From assembly GCF_006345805.1 (NCBI RefSeq), contig NW_021829636.1, positions 1-32,197 of the forward strand: a DNA stretch of 32,197 nt, written 5' to 3'. Below the pieces are notes generated by a model. It had not been told where the DNA came from, searched no databases, and was given only the letters and a program-made list of their open reading frames with translations. A program made the position numbers and the translations under genes. Positions 12,166 through 22,648 of the stretch are shown here, one piece after another. This stretch comes from Octopus sinensis. Taxonomy: Eukaryota. The stretch's first letter is position 1, and every line of letters starts with the position of its first letter.

Positions 12166-12577
12166 CTCTCTCTCTCTTTACTCTTTTACTTGTTTCAGTC
12201 ATTTGACTGCGGCCATGTTGGAGCACCGCCTTTAGTCGAGCAAATCGTCCCCGGGACTTATTCTTTGTAAGCCTAGTACTTATTCTATCGGTCTCTATAA
12301 GCCGAACAGCTAAGTTACAGGGACGTAGACACACCAGCATCGGTTGTCAAGCAATGCTAGGGGGACAAACACTGACACACAAACATATACACACACATAT
12401 ATATATACATATATACGACAGGCTTCTTTCAGTTTCCGTCCGTCTACCAAATCCACTCACATTGGTCGGCCCGGGGCTATAGCAAAAGACACTTGCCCAA
12501 GATTCCACGCAGTGGGACTGAACCCGGAACCATGTGGTTGGTTAGCAAGCTACTTACCACACAGCCACTCCTGCGCC
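12166..12577 (-). mobile_element. SINE family A, full length
   Basis: Reverse complement of the 10558 and 22406 copies from GGCGCAGGAGTGGCTGTGTGG to the GTAAAAGAG tail. Confidence 0.92.
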
Positions 12578-13177
12578 TATATATAATATTTTAAAAATAT
12601 AATTTAGTTAATAAGACATTGAAAGTTCTGTAAACACGAGCAAAGTACTAAAATAACAAAATCTGGAAGAAATTTTTGCATTACTATGTTTATCCATTCC
12701 TGTTGGCATGTTTCCATCGAAGAAGTAAGTTCTCAAAAATTATTCTTGTCTTCAGAACGAAGAGAAGAAATCTTTATTCGAACGTGTCAAACTTACAGAA
12801 AATTGGATCATTAAGGTATAGCAAATCGAAAATAATCTCACTAAATACGAAGAAAATACTAGAAAACATAATCTGTTGCTGTTTTAAGAACGGTAATCTC
12901 TTTAAAAATTATGTAGCGTAAAAGTCTAATGAGGTTGAAAAGTGAAGATGAGTTCAGAAACTATACTAAAAGAACTTCAAGATGTTTCTCACAGTCTTTC
13001 GCTCTGTTACATAAAAATTACAAAAAATTTCCGGTTACCTCACCATGAACGTGGTCAAAATGTAAAGGCTGGGTACGTTGATAAAAATGTTCAGAAAACT
13101 GAGAGAACAAAAATAAAAAGAATAAGAAAATAATGTATTGGTTCATTCTCAAGACATTCTGGAAAAGTCGAACATCA

Positions 13178-13563
13178 GACAGGAAGCACTCCGTCGGTTA
13201 CGACGACGAGGGTTCCGGTTGATCCGAATCAACGGAACAGCCTGCTCGTGAAATTAACGTGTAAGTGGCTGAGCACTCCACAGACACGTGTACCCTTAAC
13301 GTAGTTCTCGGGGATATTCAGCGTGACACAGGATGTGACAAGGCCGGCCCTTTGAAATACAGGCACAACAGAAACAGGAAGTAAGAGTGAGAGAAAGTTG
13401 TGCTGAAAGAGTACAGCAGGGATCACCACCATCCCCTGCCGGAGCCTCGTGGAGCTTTAGGTGTTTTCGCTCAATAAACACTCACAACGCCCGGTCTGGA
13501 AATCGAAACCGCAATCCTATGACCGCGAGTCCGCTGCTCTAACTACTGGGCCATTGCGCCTCC
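13178..13563 (-). mobile_element. SINE family B (tRNA head), tail type 1, with TSD
   Basis: Head GGAGGCGCAATGGCCCAGTAGTTAG...GGTTTCGATTTCC. TSD a(g/a)tcgaacatca at 13166-13177 and 13564-13575. Confidence 0.9.
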
Positions 13564-14285
13564 AATCGAACATCAATAGGCTGATCAATGTCGTTTTTCG
13601 TCATCGGAGGACATCTCCCTGCTTTAGAAGCTGTATGTTCATAACACGCATAATTCATTGATGTAAGGGGAGGGGAAACACTGCGGTGTTTCGATTGTAT
13701 TGTCTGACTCCTCGACTCCTCGATGACAGCTTACCTCAGATCAATGAATCTACATAGATTACCTGCTCGTTTGTGGATATCTGAGGATAAACCCTTTGTT
13801 GATACATGCTGAACTTTGTCAAATTAATTCCTGGTGTGCACGCAGAACAGTGAAAATCCAAATAATATACATCCATTGTTATGCCTTCTGCCAAATTTGA
13901 ACGTGGATATGCAGTTCGTAGTTGGTTTCTTTCATAAAATTATAAACAAAAAGCAGACACTTCCTTCAGTCGAACACACCACTAGATTTCCGATAGTCAG
14001 AACCGAGGGGTGAACTCCTCGCTTTTGACTATTCATCATTGTTAAATCTCCTCAGAAATAGTCTACCATTTTTATCTAGATACTTCCTTCTGAAGCATGC
14101 GATTTGTTATATTCTTATAATTTAACTTAATATTATTCCATTCGCAAGAAACCTATTTATACATTCATTAATCATGTCGATATGATTACCGTATTCATAT
14201 TTGCATATTTATTCATAACCAAATTACTATGGTGCTTTTTCACTCACATAGCAACATATATATATATTGATAACGGTGTGTACTA

Positions 14286-14458
14286 CTACTTATAGCACCA
14301 GCATGCTACAGGTAGCAGTCAAACGGTTCAAAACCACCGTTATCACTTATACACGAGGGCGAAACGACAGAACGGTCTGTAAAATTGTAAGTACTTGTGG
14401 TAACTGTGGTTTTGAGTCGTTTTGACTGCTGTCTTTAGCATGCTGGTGCTTTTACTAG
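14286..14458. mobile_element. MITE-like foldback element with ~60 bp inverted arms and a possible TA TSD
   Basis: 14294-14346 pairs with 14397-14450 (46 Watson-Crick pairs, 5 G-T, 2 mismatches, 1 bulge). Imperfect pairing extends out to TA at 14284-14285 and 14459-14460. Confidence 0.6.
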
Positions 14459-15169
14459 TACCCTTCATTATTAACTGATAATTTTGCCTTTATGGTTCTT
14501 TTACTTCTACTAGCCTCTGATATTATTGTAAATTATTAGATAATATTCTTATATATATATATATATATATATATCTATATATATGAGAATATACTTATAA
14601 TAGATATATATATATATATATATACGTAATATTCTCTATATATGGCTGAAGCGGGAAGACCGAAAATGGCTTCAAAGTCATAAACACGCCGACGGGAAAT
14701 AACATCATTAGGTGAGACAAACTGACTGACAGGTGACGGTCGTTTAGAAAAAACGGGGGCTAAAACTTCGCGCCTTCATTAGTCAGCCTTCACACTAGCT
14801 GCCGATACATCGAAGAGGCCAGGGAACATAAGAAAGAAGAAGAAAGAAGACATGCACCCAACACCAGAGCTGAAGACACCTCCGAAAGGGGGGCCCCGCC
14901 ACGTCAAAACGGTAGAGGAGTAGGGGCCGAAACCGAACGTGGTTCCTCCTGATGATGTCTTGAGCTAACTGGATCCTATAAAGGAGCTGTTGTGGTAGCA
15001 GACTACGAAACACGGTTGTAATTCCTTCTATATATATATATATTATATTATCTAATATAATAAAATATTAGGGAATAAATCCAAGTAATTAATATAATAT
15101 ATATATATTATATAATATATATAGATATATATTATAATATAATATATATATATATATAATTTCAACAAT

Positions 15170-15345
15170 TGAGGGTAAAATTAATTAATTATTAATCAAT
15201 TTCACCAAGTATTCAGTATGCAAAGGGACCATTTAAGGCGAATTCAAATTATTACATATATAAAAGGGCTTAGTAAAATAAATTACTTTGCCGCATACTG
15301 AACTCATTAGAAATAGTAGCTAAAAAAAACTTTTTTAAAACTATT
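15170..15345 (+). repeat. Unclassified AT-rich interspersed repeat, homologous to ~20010-20190 (-)
   Basis: AGGGTAAAATTAATTAATT...AATTTCACCAAGTA...GTATG...CATACTGAA...TTAGAAATAGTAGCTAAA versus AGGGTAAAATTAGTTAATT...AATTTTACCAAGTA...GTATG...CATACCGAAATTTAGAAATAGCAGTTAAA. Confidence 0.55.
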
Positions 15346-15693
15346 TCTAATACTTAAAGAAAACCTCTCTCATATAGTGTTTGCTCATTCAACTCACGAA
15401 AGTATGGGGGTAAAGACATTAAAAAATCAAATGCAAAGGTTATTTGAGAACGTACGTTTCAAGATTAGTCAACTCGACATTTCTATCATCAGCTCAGAAC
15501 TCCTTGGTTTGGATTTGAAAACACTGAAAGTGGGAGCATACCCTTTCGGCTTCTTATCGCTTCTGAAGATCTGCTCGAAACTAACAGTGCCAGCAAACTC
15601 AAATATGCAAGCGAAGAATTTCTGCTCTCCCCTTTCCCACAGCGTGGGGTTAAAAAATATATATATATATATATATTATTTAAATTACTTGGG

Positions 15694-15743
<50 letters not shown>

Positions 15744-15764
15744 AGTAATATTCTCATATATATA

Positions 15765-16075
15765 TATTTGAAAATTAGAGAAAAAACAAAGATCGAGACA
15801 AGTGTATAAACGACAAGCAGGTGTATTAGTTTGACGCTCGGGAAGGTGAGAAAGTATTTTACGTTTTGCGCCTACGCTCTTCAACAGAAAGGTATACGAG
15901 GAAATAAACAGAGAGAGAATAACAAAAACTTTTTGAGTTAGCGATCAATTACGACTGACCTCTAAGTTAAAAGACTTTCTCACCTTCCCGATCGTCAAAC
16001 TCCTATACTTGCTTGTTGTTTTCACACCTGTCTTTATCTTTTGTTTTGCAGTAAATTTCAACGATATAATATACG
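15765..16075. mobile_element. Inverted pair of hammerhead-family repeat copies (15765-15930 minus, 15969-16075 plus)
   Basis: Arms 15782-15860 and 15969-16047 are inverted and match at 65/79. A degenerate hammerhead lies on the minus strand at 15857-15890: TTT-CTGTTGA-A-GAGC-GTAG-GCGC-AAAA-CGTA-AAA. Confidence 0.6.
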
Positions 16076-16260
16076 TTCACGTGGTCGCACTAGTTTTATC
16101 CTCCTACACTTCGGATTTACTCCTACCTCAACTTGAACTTTCTGCACCTCTCCTCATCAACATACCAGCACTACCCCCGGATTACCAATGTATATACTTA
16201 TGGATGTCACTGGACTTTAATATACATATATATATATATATATACAGACATACATACACG

Positions 16261-16330
<70 letters not shown>

Positions 16331-16354
16331 ATATATAATATATATATTATATTA

Positions 16355-16760
16355 GGTGCAGGCGTAGCTGTATGGTAAGAAGCTTGCTTCCCAAACACAT
16401 GGTTCCGGTTCACTCCCACTTGCGTGGAACCTTGGGCAAGTGTCTTCTACTATAGCCTCCGACAGACCAAAGCTTGTGAGTGGATTTGGTAGACGGAAAC
16501 GGAAAGAAGCCTGTCCTGAGTGTGCGTGCGTATGTTAGTATGTATGTTTGTGTGTTTATGTTTTTCTCCCCACCATCGCTTGACAACCGTGGTTTGTGTG
16601 TTTACGCCCCCACAAAACGGCGGTTCGACAAAAAGAGACCGATTGAATAAGTCCCTACAAAGAACAAGTCATGCAGAGTCCTGGAGTCGATTTGTTCTAC
16701 TAAAGGTGGTGCTCCAGCATGGCCGCTGTCAAATGACTGAAACAAGTAAAGAATAAAAGA

Positions 16761-16762
<2 letters not shown>
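16355..16762 (+). mobile_element. SINE family A, full length, older and more diverged
   Basis: GGTGCAGGCGTAGCTGTATGGTAAGAAGCTTGC head, CCTTGGGCAAGTGTC, and GGTGGTGCTCCAGCATGGCCG tail. Confidence 0.88.
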
Positions 16763-16792
<30 letters not shown>

Positions 16793-17278
16793 GCATCCGT
16801 TTAATTTTTTATGTTGATCGACTCAATTCATCGCTAATTTTTTTCCACCAGTCGGTGCAAGTGGTTTTCTGTCAAGTTACAAGTCAACTGCCCCAAAACG
16901 TTGTGAGACTGCAGGCATAAAATCAGAGTACCAAGGCAACTGACTCCACGGAAATGAAAAATACAATAACATACATACATACATTCATGCCTATATATGT
17001 ACGTGTGTTTGTGGGTGTACATATGAATATATATGTGTGTGCGTGTTATATATATATATATATATTATATAATATATATATATTATATATATATATATAT
17101 TAGAAGAAATGAGGTAATCAGATGATCGGATGGTTATATTTACAGATATTTCTTTATATATTACATTTTTTACATATATATCATATCACTTAGATCATTA
17201 GCGTTTTCTCCCATTCTAGTGGGGTTTTCAAATCAAAATGTATATGTATATATATAATCATATTTCATACACACACCC

Positions 17279-17315
<37 letters not shown>

Positions 17316-19896
17316 GATTTTTGATTTTGATTTTGATTTTGATTTTTCCAGTTTCAGCTAATGAGCTGTGGCCATGCTGGGGCACCGCCATTTGGTTTGC
17401 CACACGGGTTTACCTCACGGATGCTTTTTAGCAAACGCCATCTGATGCATGAGAGAGTTCGATGCAGCTGCCCTCATCTGCACCTCCTGCCGTGAAGTTG
17501 GTTCATCCGGGACACCTGACAGGAAGTGATCCAGTCCTACTTTAAAGACATCCGCATCTACACCATGCAGGTCCCTCAGGTTCTTCGGGAGGACATTGAA
17601 GAGCCGTGGGCCTCTGAAGCCCAGGCTATCACAAATCTTGTCCTACACCTTGATGGCAAATTTGGAGTCCTTGGTACTACGCAGTGGCGTCCGTTCTGGC
17701 GTTTGTGTGACTCTCGATGCCAAAGTCTGGGACAAGACCTTCCAGGATCTTCCAGATATATATTATGGCATATCTTTCTCGCCTACGCTCCAGGGAATAG
17801 AGCTTTAATCTCTTGAGTCTCTCCCAGTAGCTCGTATGCTGCACAGAAGCTATCTTCTTCGTGTAGCTTCGTTGGATCGCCTCAAGTTCTGTGATCAACT
17901 TGACACTGGATGGTGACCATAGCTGAGAGCAATAGTCAAAGTGGCTTAGGTCTTCCAGAGGACCATCATGTTTCTTGTTCTCTTGTTCTAAGGTTCTAAG
18001 AATCCATCCAGCCAGCCGTCTGCATTTCATTGTCAGTTTAGCAACATAATACATGAAAGGTCGCGTCATCATCATCATGTGAATACCCAGGTCACGCACT
18101 GATTGTGCCTCTGGGATTGCAATCCCTCCGGGTCCAGTGTATTCATGGGTATTGCATTCAGTTTTGCATGCTGATAGTATAAAGCTTGAAACTTTCAGCA
18201 TTGAACTGCATGCTATTCTTTTCAGCCCACTTGTATTTTTCGTCCAGCTCACATTGCAGGTGCTTAGTGTCTTCAGGGTTCTGTATTGCCTGTGAAACTT
18301 TTGTATCATCTGCATAACTTGTGATCGTGGCTCTCCGCGTGGCTGAGGGCATGTCTGAGAGGGTCATTATGAACAGTAGTGGTCCCAAAACAGTGCCCTG
18401 TGGAACACCGCTCACAATTTGCGTGCTAATGGAAGTGGCCCCATTGGCTGCTACCACCTGACTTCTATTCTTTAGAAAGTCATGAAGCCATTCTCCTAGT
18501 TTTCCAATTATGCCAAGATCACGCAGTTTGTGACATATCATTCCATGATCGACTTTATCGAAGGCCTTTGCGAAGTCGAGATATATGACTTCCACATTTG
18601 AGTGGTTGAGCAGTTGTTTCAGCACCCAGTCATAGTGCTGCAGGAGCTGAGTTAAGCAGCTTTTTCCTGGTCGGAAACCATGTTAGGTGTCAGGCAGCAA
18701 GTCATTTTCTTCAAGGAAGGTGATTAGTTTCCTTCTAACTATTCGTTCCATGACCTTGCTGATGTGTGAGGTCAGAGAGATAGGTCTGTAGTTCTTGGCC
18801 TCCGCTCTGCTACCTCCTTTATGAATAGGGCATATTTTACCTTCCTTCAGTTTTCTTGGAAGTTTGCCAGCTGCAAGGAAGCTCTGAAAGAGGAACTGCA
18901 GTGGTCTTGCTAGGACTCTCTTACATACTTTTAGGAGGATTGCCGGGAATCCATCGGGGCCAATAGCTGAGTCTGTTTTCATTTCATCTATAGCTTTTAT
19001 TACATCGTCTTCCTTTATATCGATGTAATTTATCGTCGCCGCCTCTGATTCTATATCTGCAGTGGTAAAGAAGTCAGTTGGATTGCTGATTTGGAAATGC
19101 CCAAGGGGTGGGGTGAAATCACTCTTGAATTGTTCATTCAGTATTTCACTTACCCTCATTGGTTTTCCTGTGAGTGTGCCATCCTTTTCAAGGAGTGGCC
19201 CTATCCTACAGTGTACCGTAGCTGTTTCTTTGGCATACCTGTAGAAGGCTCTGGGGTTAGTTTTTATGTTGTCTATAGCCCAGGCTTCTTTGTCTGCTCT
19301 CTCCTTCTCATGGGAGAATTGCAGACAATTTTCAATTTCGAACAGTTTTATTTTCAGGCGGGACTTTTCACTGCTTTCAATTTGTTTGTTTAGGCGATTT
19401 GAAATTTTTGTACGCCGTCTCATAAAAATTTTTTTTTTCTCCTCTCTCTGGGGATTTTGTTCTTGTGTACAGTGGCCTTTCTCTCTGGGACACATTTGTA
19501 GCATATGGCTTGCATTACAGACATGAATTGTTGAAGTGTCATGTCGATGTCCGGCGAGGAGAGACATTCAGGCCAGTTTTGTTTGAGGATCTCTTTCTCA
19601 ATTTGTTTCCAGTTTGCCTTACTGAAGTTCAAGCTGGAAAGATTCTGAGGGTTTCTTGTAGGCTGCATGTCCGTGCTCTCGTTTGGCCCGTACATGGTCA
19701 GCTCTACCGTGTTGTGATCCGAGAGTAGTGTCGGTGTCACTTTCACATTATGGATGTGATCCATATTATTTGTGAAGCAGAGATCCAGTGTGTTACCTGC
19801 TCTGGTTGGTTGGAGTATTACTTGCTCCATGTACAGGGTGTTGATGAGGTTCAGGAGGGACCTCGCCTGTCCTCGTTCACATCTTGTCATTCCTGG
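17316..19896 (-). mobile_element. 5'-truncated non-LTR retrotransposon (LINE), CR1/L2-group
   Basis: ORF2 remnant, a ~70 nt 3' UTR, and an (AAAATC)n terminal repeat at 17316-17347 as read on the minus strand. Short 3' tandem repeats instead of poly(A) are typical of CR1/L2-type LINEs. Confidence 0.93.
17415..19896 (-). pseudogene. Disrupted LINE ORF2 (C-terminal part of the APE endonuclease plus reverse transcriptase)
   Basis: APE end PTRAGNTLDLCFTN...SDHN. RT motifs GPDGFP, PIHKGG, NYRPISLTSHISKVMER, YLDFAKAFDKVDH, SGVPQGTVLGPLLF, YADD and VRDLGI. C-terminus LYSLERRRERY...GPRLFNVLP...RAAASNSL, with the stop at 17415-17417. Lesions: in-frame TAA at 18683-18685 (expected Q of QHGF) and frameshifts near 19430, 18170 and 17620. 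Confidence 0.95.
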
Positions 19897-19910
19897 GAGA
19901 GAAATTATAT

Positions 19911-20099
19911 AATTATGAGTATAATTATAATTAGGTTTCAGCAAAAAAATTTGCTTCACCACATACCGAAATTTATAAATACCTGTTAAGACTATTTCTT
20001 ACGGTAGTGAAGTAGTTAGGTTTAACTGCTATTTCTAAATTTCGGTATGTGGTGAAGAAAATCTTTTGCTGAAACCTAATTATAATTATACTCATAATT
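19911..20099. repeat. Foldback with near-perfect 65 bp arms
   Basis: 19911-19975 versus the reverse complement of 20036-20099: 62 matches, 2 mismatches, 1 indel. Confidence 0.9.
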
Positions 20100-20189
20100 G
20101 TGAAATTTTATGTACAAGTTTACCGATAATTGTTCTTTTAACATACCGACCTACTTGGTAAAATTATTAATTAACTAATTTTACCCTTT

Positions 20190-20331
20190 ATTAATATGGA
20201 TATATGTATATGCATATATATATTTATATATATATATACATATATATATATATAGATAGATAGATAGATATACATATTGTATATGTATATTTGTATATAT
20301 GCATATACATATATATGTGTGTGTGCTTATA

Positions 20332-20382
<51 letters not shown>

Positions 20383-20481
20383 GTGTGTGTGTGTGTGTGT
20401 GTGCTTATATATATGTATATATGTATATATGTATATGTATGTATGTATGTCTATATATATATATATATATATATTTATGTA

Positions 20482-20545
<64 letters not shown>

Positions 20546-20570
20546 TTATATATATATATATATATATGTA
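20190..20570. repeat. Compound (TA)n/(TG)n microsatellite tract
   Basis: Direct reading. Confidence 0.95.
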
Positions 20571-21635
20571 TCCGTGCATATATCGGAATCGAAGGGAAGA
20601 AGTTACGTATGAAATATTACCTTCTGATATTTCCTTTTGGTCTGGTTAAGTCCTTTTACACCGGGTGCATGGCCGCAGTTGGAAGCCTAAGATCAATGAA
20701 AGAAGAAACAAGTGTAATAGGTCGCTGTTCTTGTGAAAGCATCTTATGGCTACACGCACATTTGCAGCGCGACGTTTTCTGTGTGCTTGTACATGTGTGT
20801 GCCCGCGCCTGCATGTGTCTATATGTTTGTGTATGTATGTGTGTGTGTGTGTGTTTGTGTCTCTGCATTATTTTGTTAAACTGTATGTCTCTTTGAGGAG
20901 ACATACGTAGATCTTAATTTATGAAATGGCCAGACCAAAGATAAGCTACATTTTAACACAAAAGTAAGGCGGATAAAATGATAATAGCAACTGTATTTTC
21001 TTTCTCTTTCAATATTCGAAGAATGCAACCATTCAGGAGCAGGAATATCTAATTATATATTTAATCCTTTAGATTGTGTCCAAATCCTGTTCGATTGATT
21101 TGGCATTTTCTCCCTCCGTGCTCGGTAGAATACGTACCAATATTTCATTGCAGTTAGATTCAATTATCCAGGCCATCTTCCTCTCTATAAATGTGTAGCC
21201 TGAGACCAATGCAAAAATTCATTAGATAAGTAAATCGTTCAATTCTGATACATTTCTCATTCATCTTGCTAAATTCTCTCTTTTTATATTGTTGCGTTTT
21301 GCGACCCCATCTACGGTCAATAGAATTTTAATCATGTCTATTATGTCTGATTTCTTTTTCTTTATCAAGTATAGTGTATCTAGGACTACATTATCGATTT
21401 TGTCCTTTTTCTGAAATAGCAGAATAGCATTTAACTGCAAGTTAGGCAGCTCGAGCGAGCGAGCGTACAATGACATCTTCGTTCGTTAGTTACATCTCAG
21501 GTTCTTAACTCCAGTCTATTGTGGCACCGATACATAGACGTCTCTTACTGAATTGAGAACCTCTAATAATAAACTTTAAAGATTTTGTTGTTGTTAACAC
21601 TGGTGTTATTTTAGTTATTGTTGTTGCAGCTGTTG

Positions 21636-22025
21636 CTGTTGCTGTTGCTGCTGAGCGAACGGTCTTCGTCCCAGAGCTCGCAAGATGGGAGAATGACCAT
21701 CGCAAGATGGTCATTTGCTATTCGTAAGACCCGCAGAAGAGAAAGCAGGTCAACCCCCGACACCGAGAGCATCGACGGATGGATGAATGCGCATCCAGGC
21801 TCAGCAGTTGCGTAGGAAGTCGGGGACAAGAAACAGGAAGAAAGAGTGAGAGAAAGTTGGAGCGAAAGAGTACAACAGGGGTCACCACCACCCCCTGCCG
21901 GAGTCTCGTGGAGCTTTAGGTGTTTTCGCTCAATAAACACACACAACGCCCGGTCTGAGAATCGAAACCGCGTTCCTCCGACTGCGAGTCCGCTGCCCTA
22001 ACCATTGGGCCATTGCGCCTTCACC
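21636..22025 (-). mobile_element. SINE family B head with tail type 2, (AGCAAC)n end and a 17 bp TSD
   Basis: The 5' ~190 bp is homologous to 13370-13563. Perfect TSD tgttgttgcagctgttg at 21619-21635 and 22026-22042. Confidence 0.9.
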
Positions 22026-22405
22026 TGTTGTTGCAGCTGTTGTCGTTTAGTCCCATTTCACCTCTGATCGCGTAGGCCTATGACCAAAAGCTTTGCAGTT
22101 ATAATCATCCATTTTTTTGCTACGCGATATATCTAAATCTCCCTTACTGAATATATCTAACTTTTGAAGCTATATTTTGTAGAATAAGTTAATAGATTAG
22201 TAGCGAAAAGGCTTCTACCATTTAGTGGTTTATTCCACCAACCCAAAAATTTTAAAATTTAAAGAAACATTACTAAACATAGTTTTTGAAATTAAATTGT
22301 TTTATTCTTCAAATTAAGACCGTTTTATCTAATTTGCTTTCCCTTGACTATCACTGCTCAATGAGCTTATTTCACTTTGTTGAATAATTAAACAAATGCG
22401 CAGGA

Positions 22406-22589
22406 GGCGCAGGAGTGGCTGTGTGGTAAGTAGCTTGCTAACCAACCTCATGGTTCCGGGTTCAGTCCCACTGCGTGGCACCTTGGGCAAGTGTCTTCTG
22501 CTATAGCCCCGGGCCGACCAATGCCTTGTGAGTGGATTTGGTAGACGGAAACTGAAAGAAGCCTGTCGTATATATATGTATATATATAT

Positions 22590-22648
<59 letters not shown>

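Noticed and set aside
15377-15660. ORF possibly encoding a Penelope GIY-YIG C-terminus
   Set aside because: No recognisable RT or GIY-YIG motif in the frames examined.
17415-19896. Active LINE
   Set aside because: It is 5'-truncated within the endonuclease, has an in-frame stop and has several frameshifts, not all in homopolymers.
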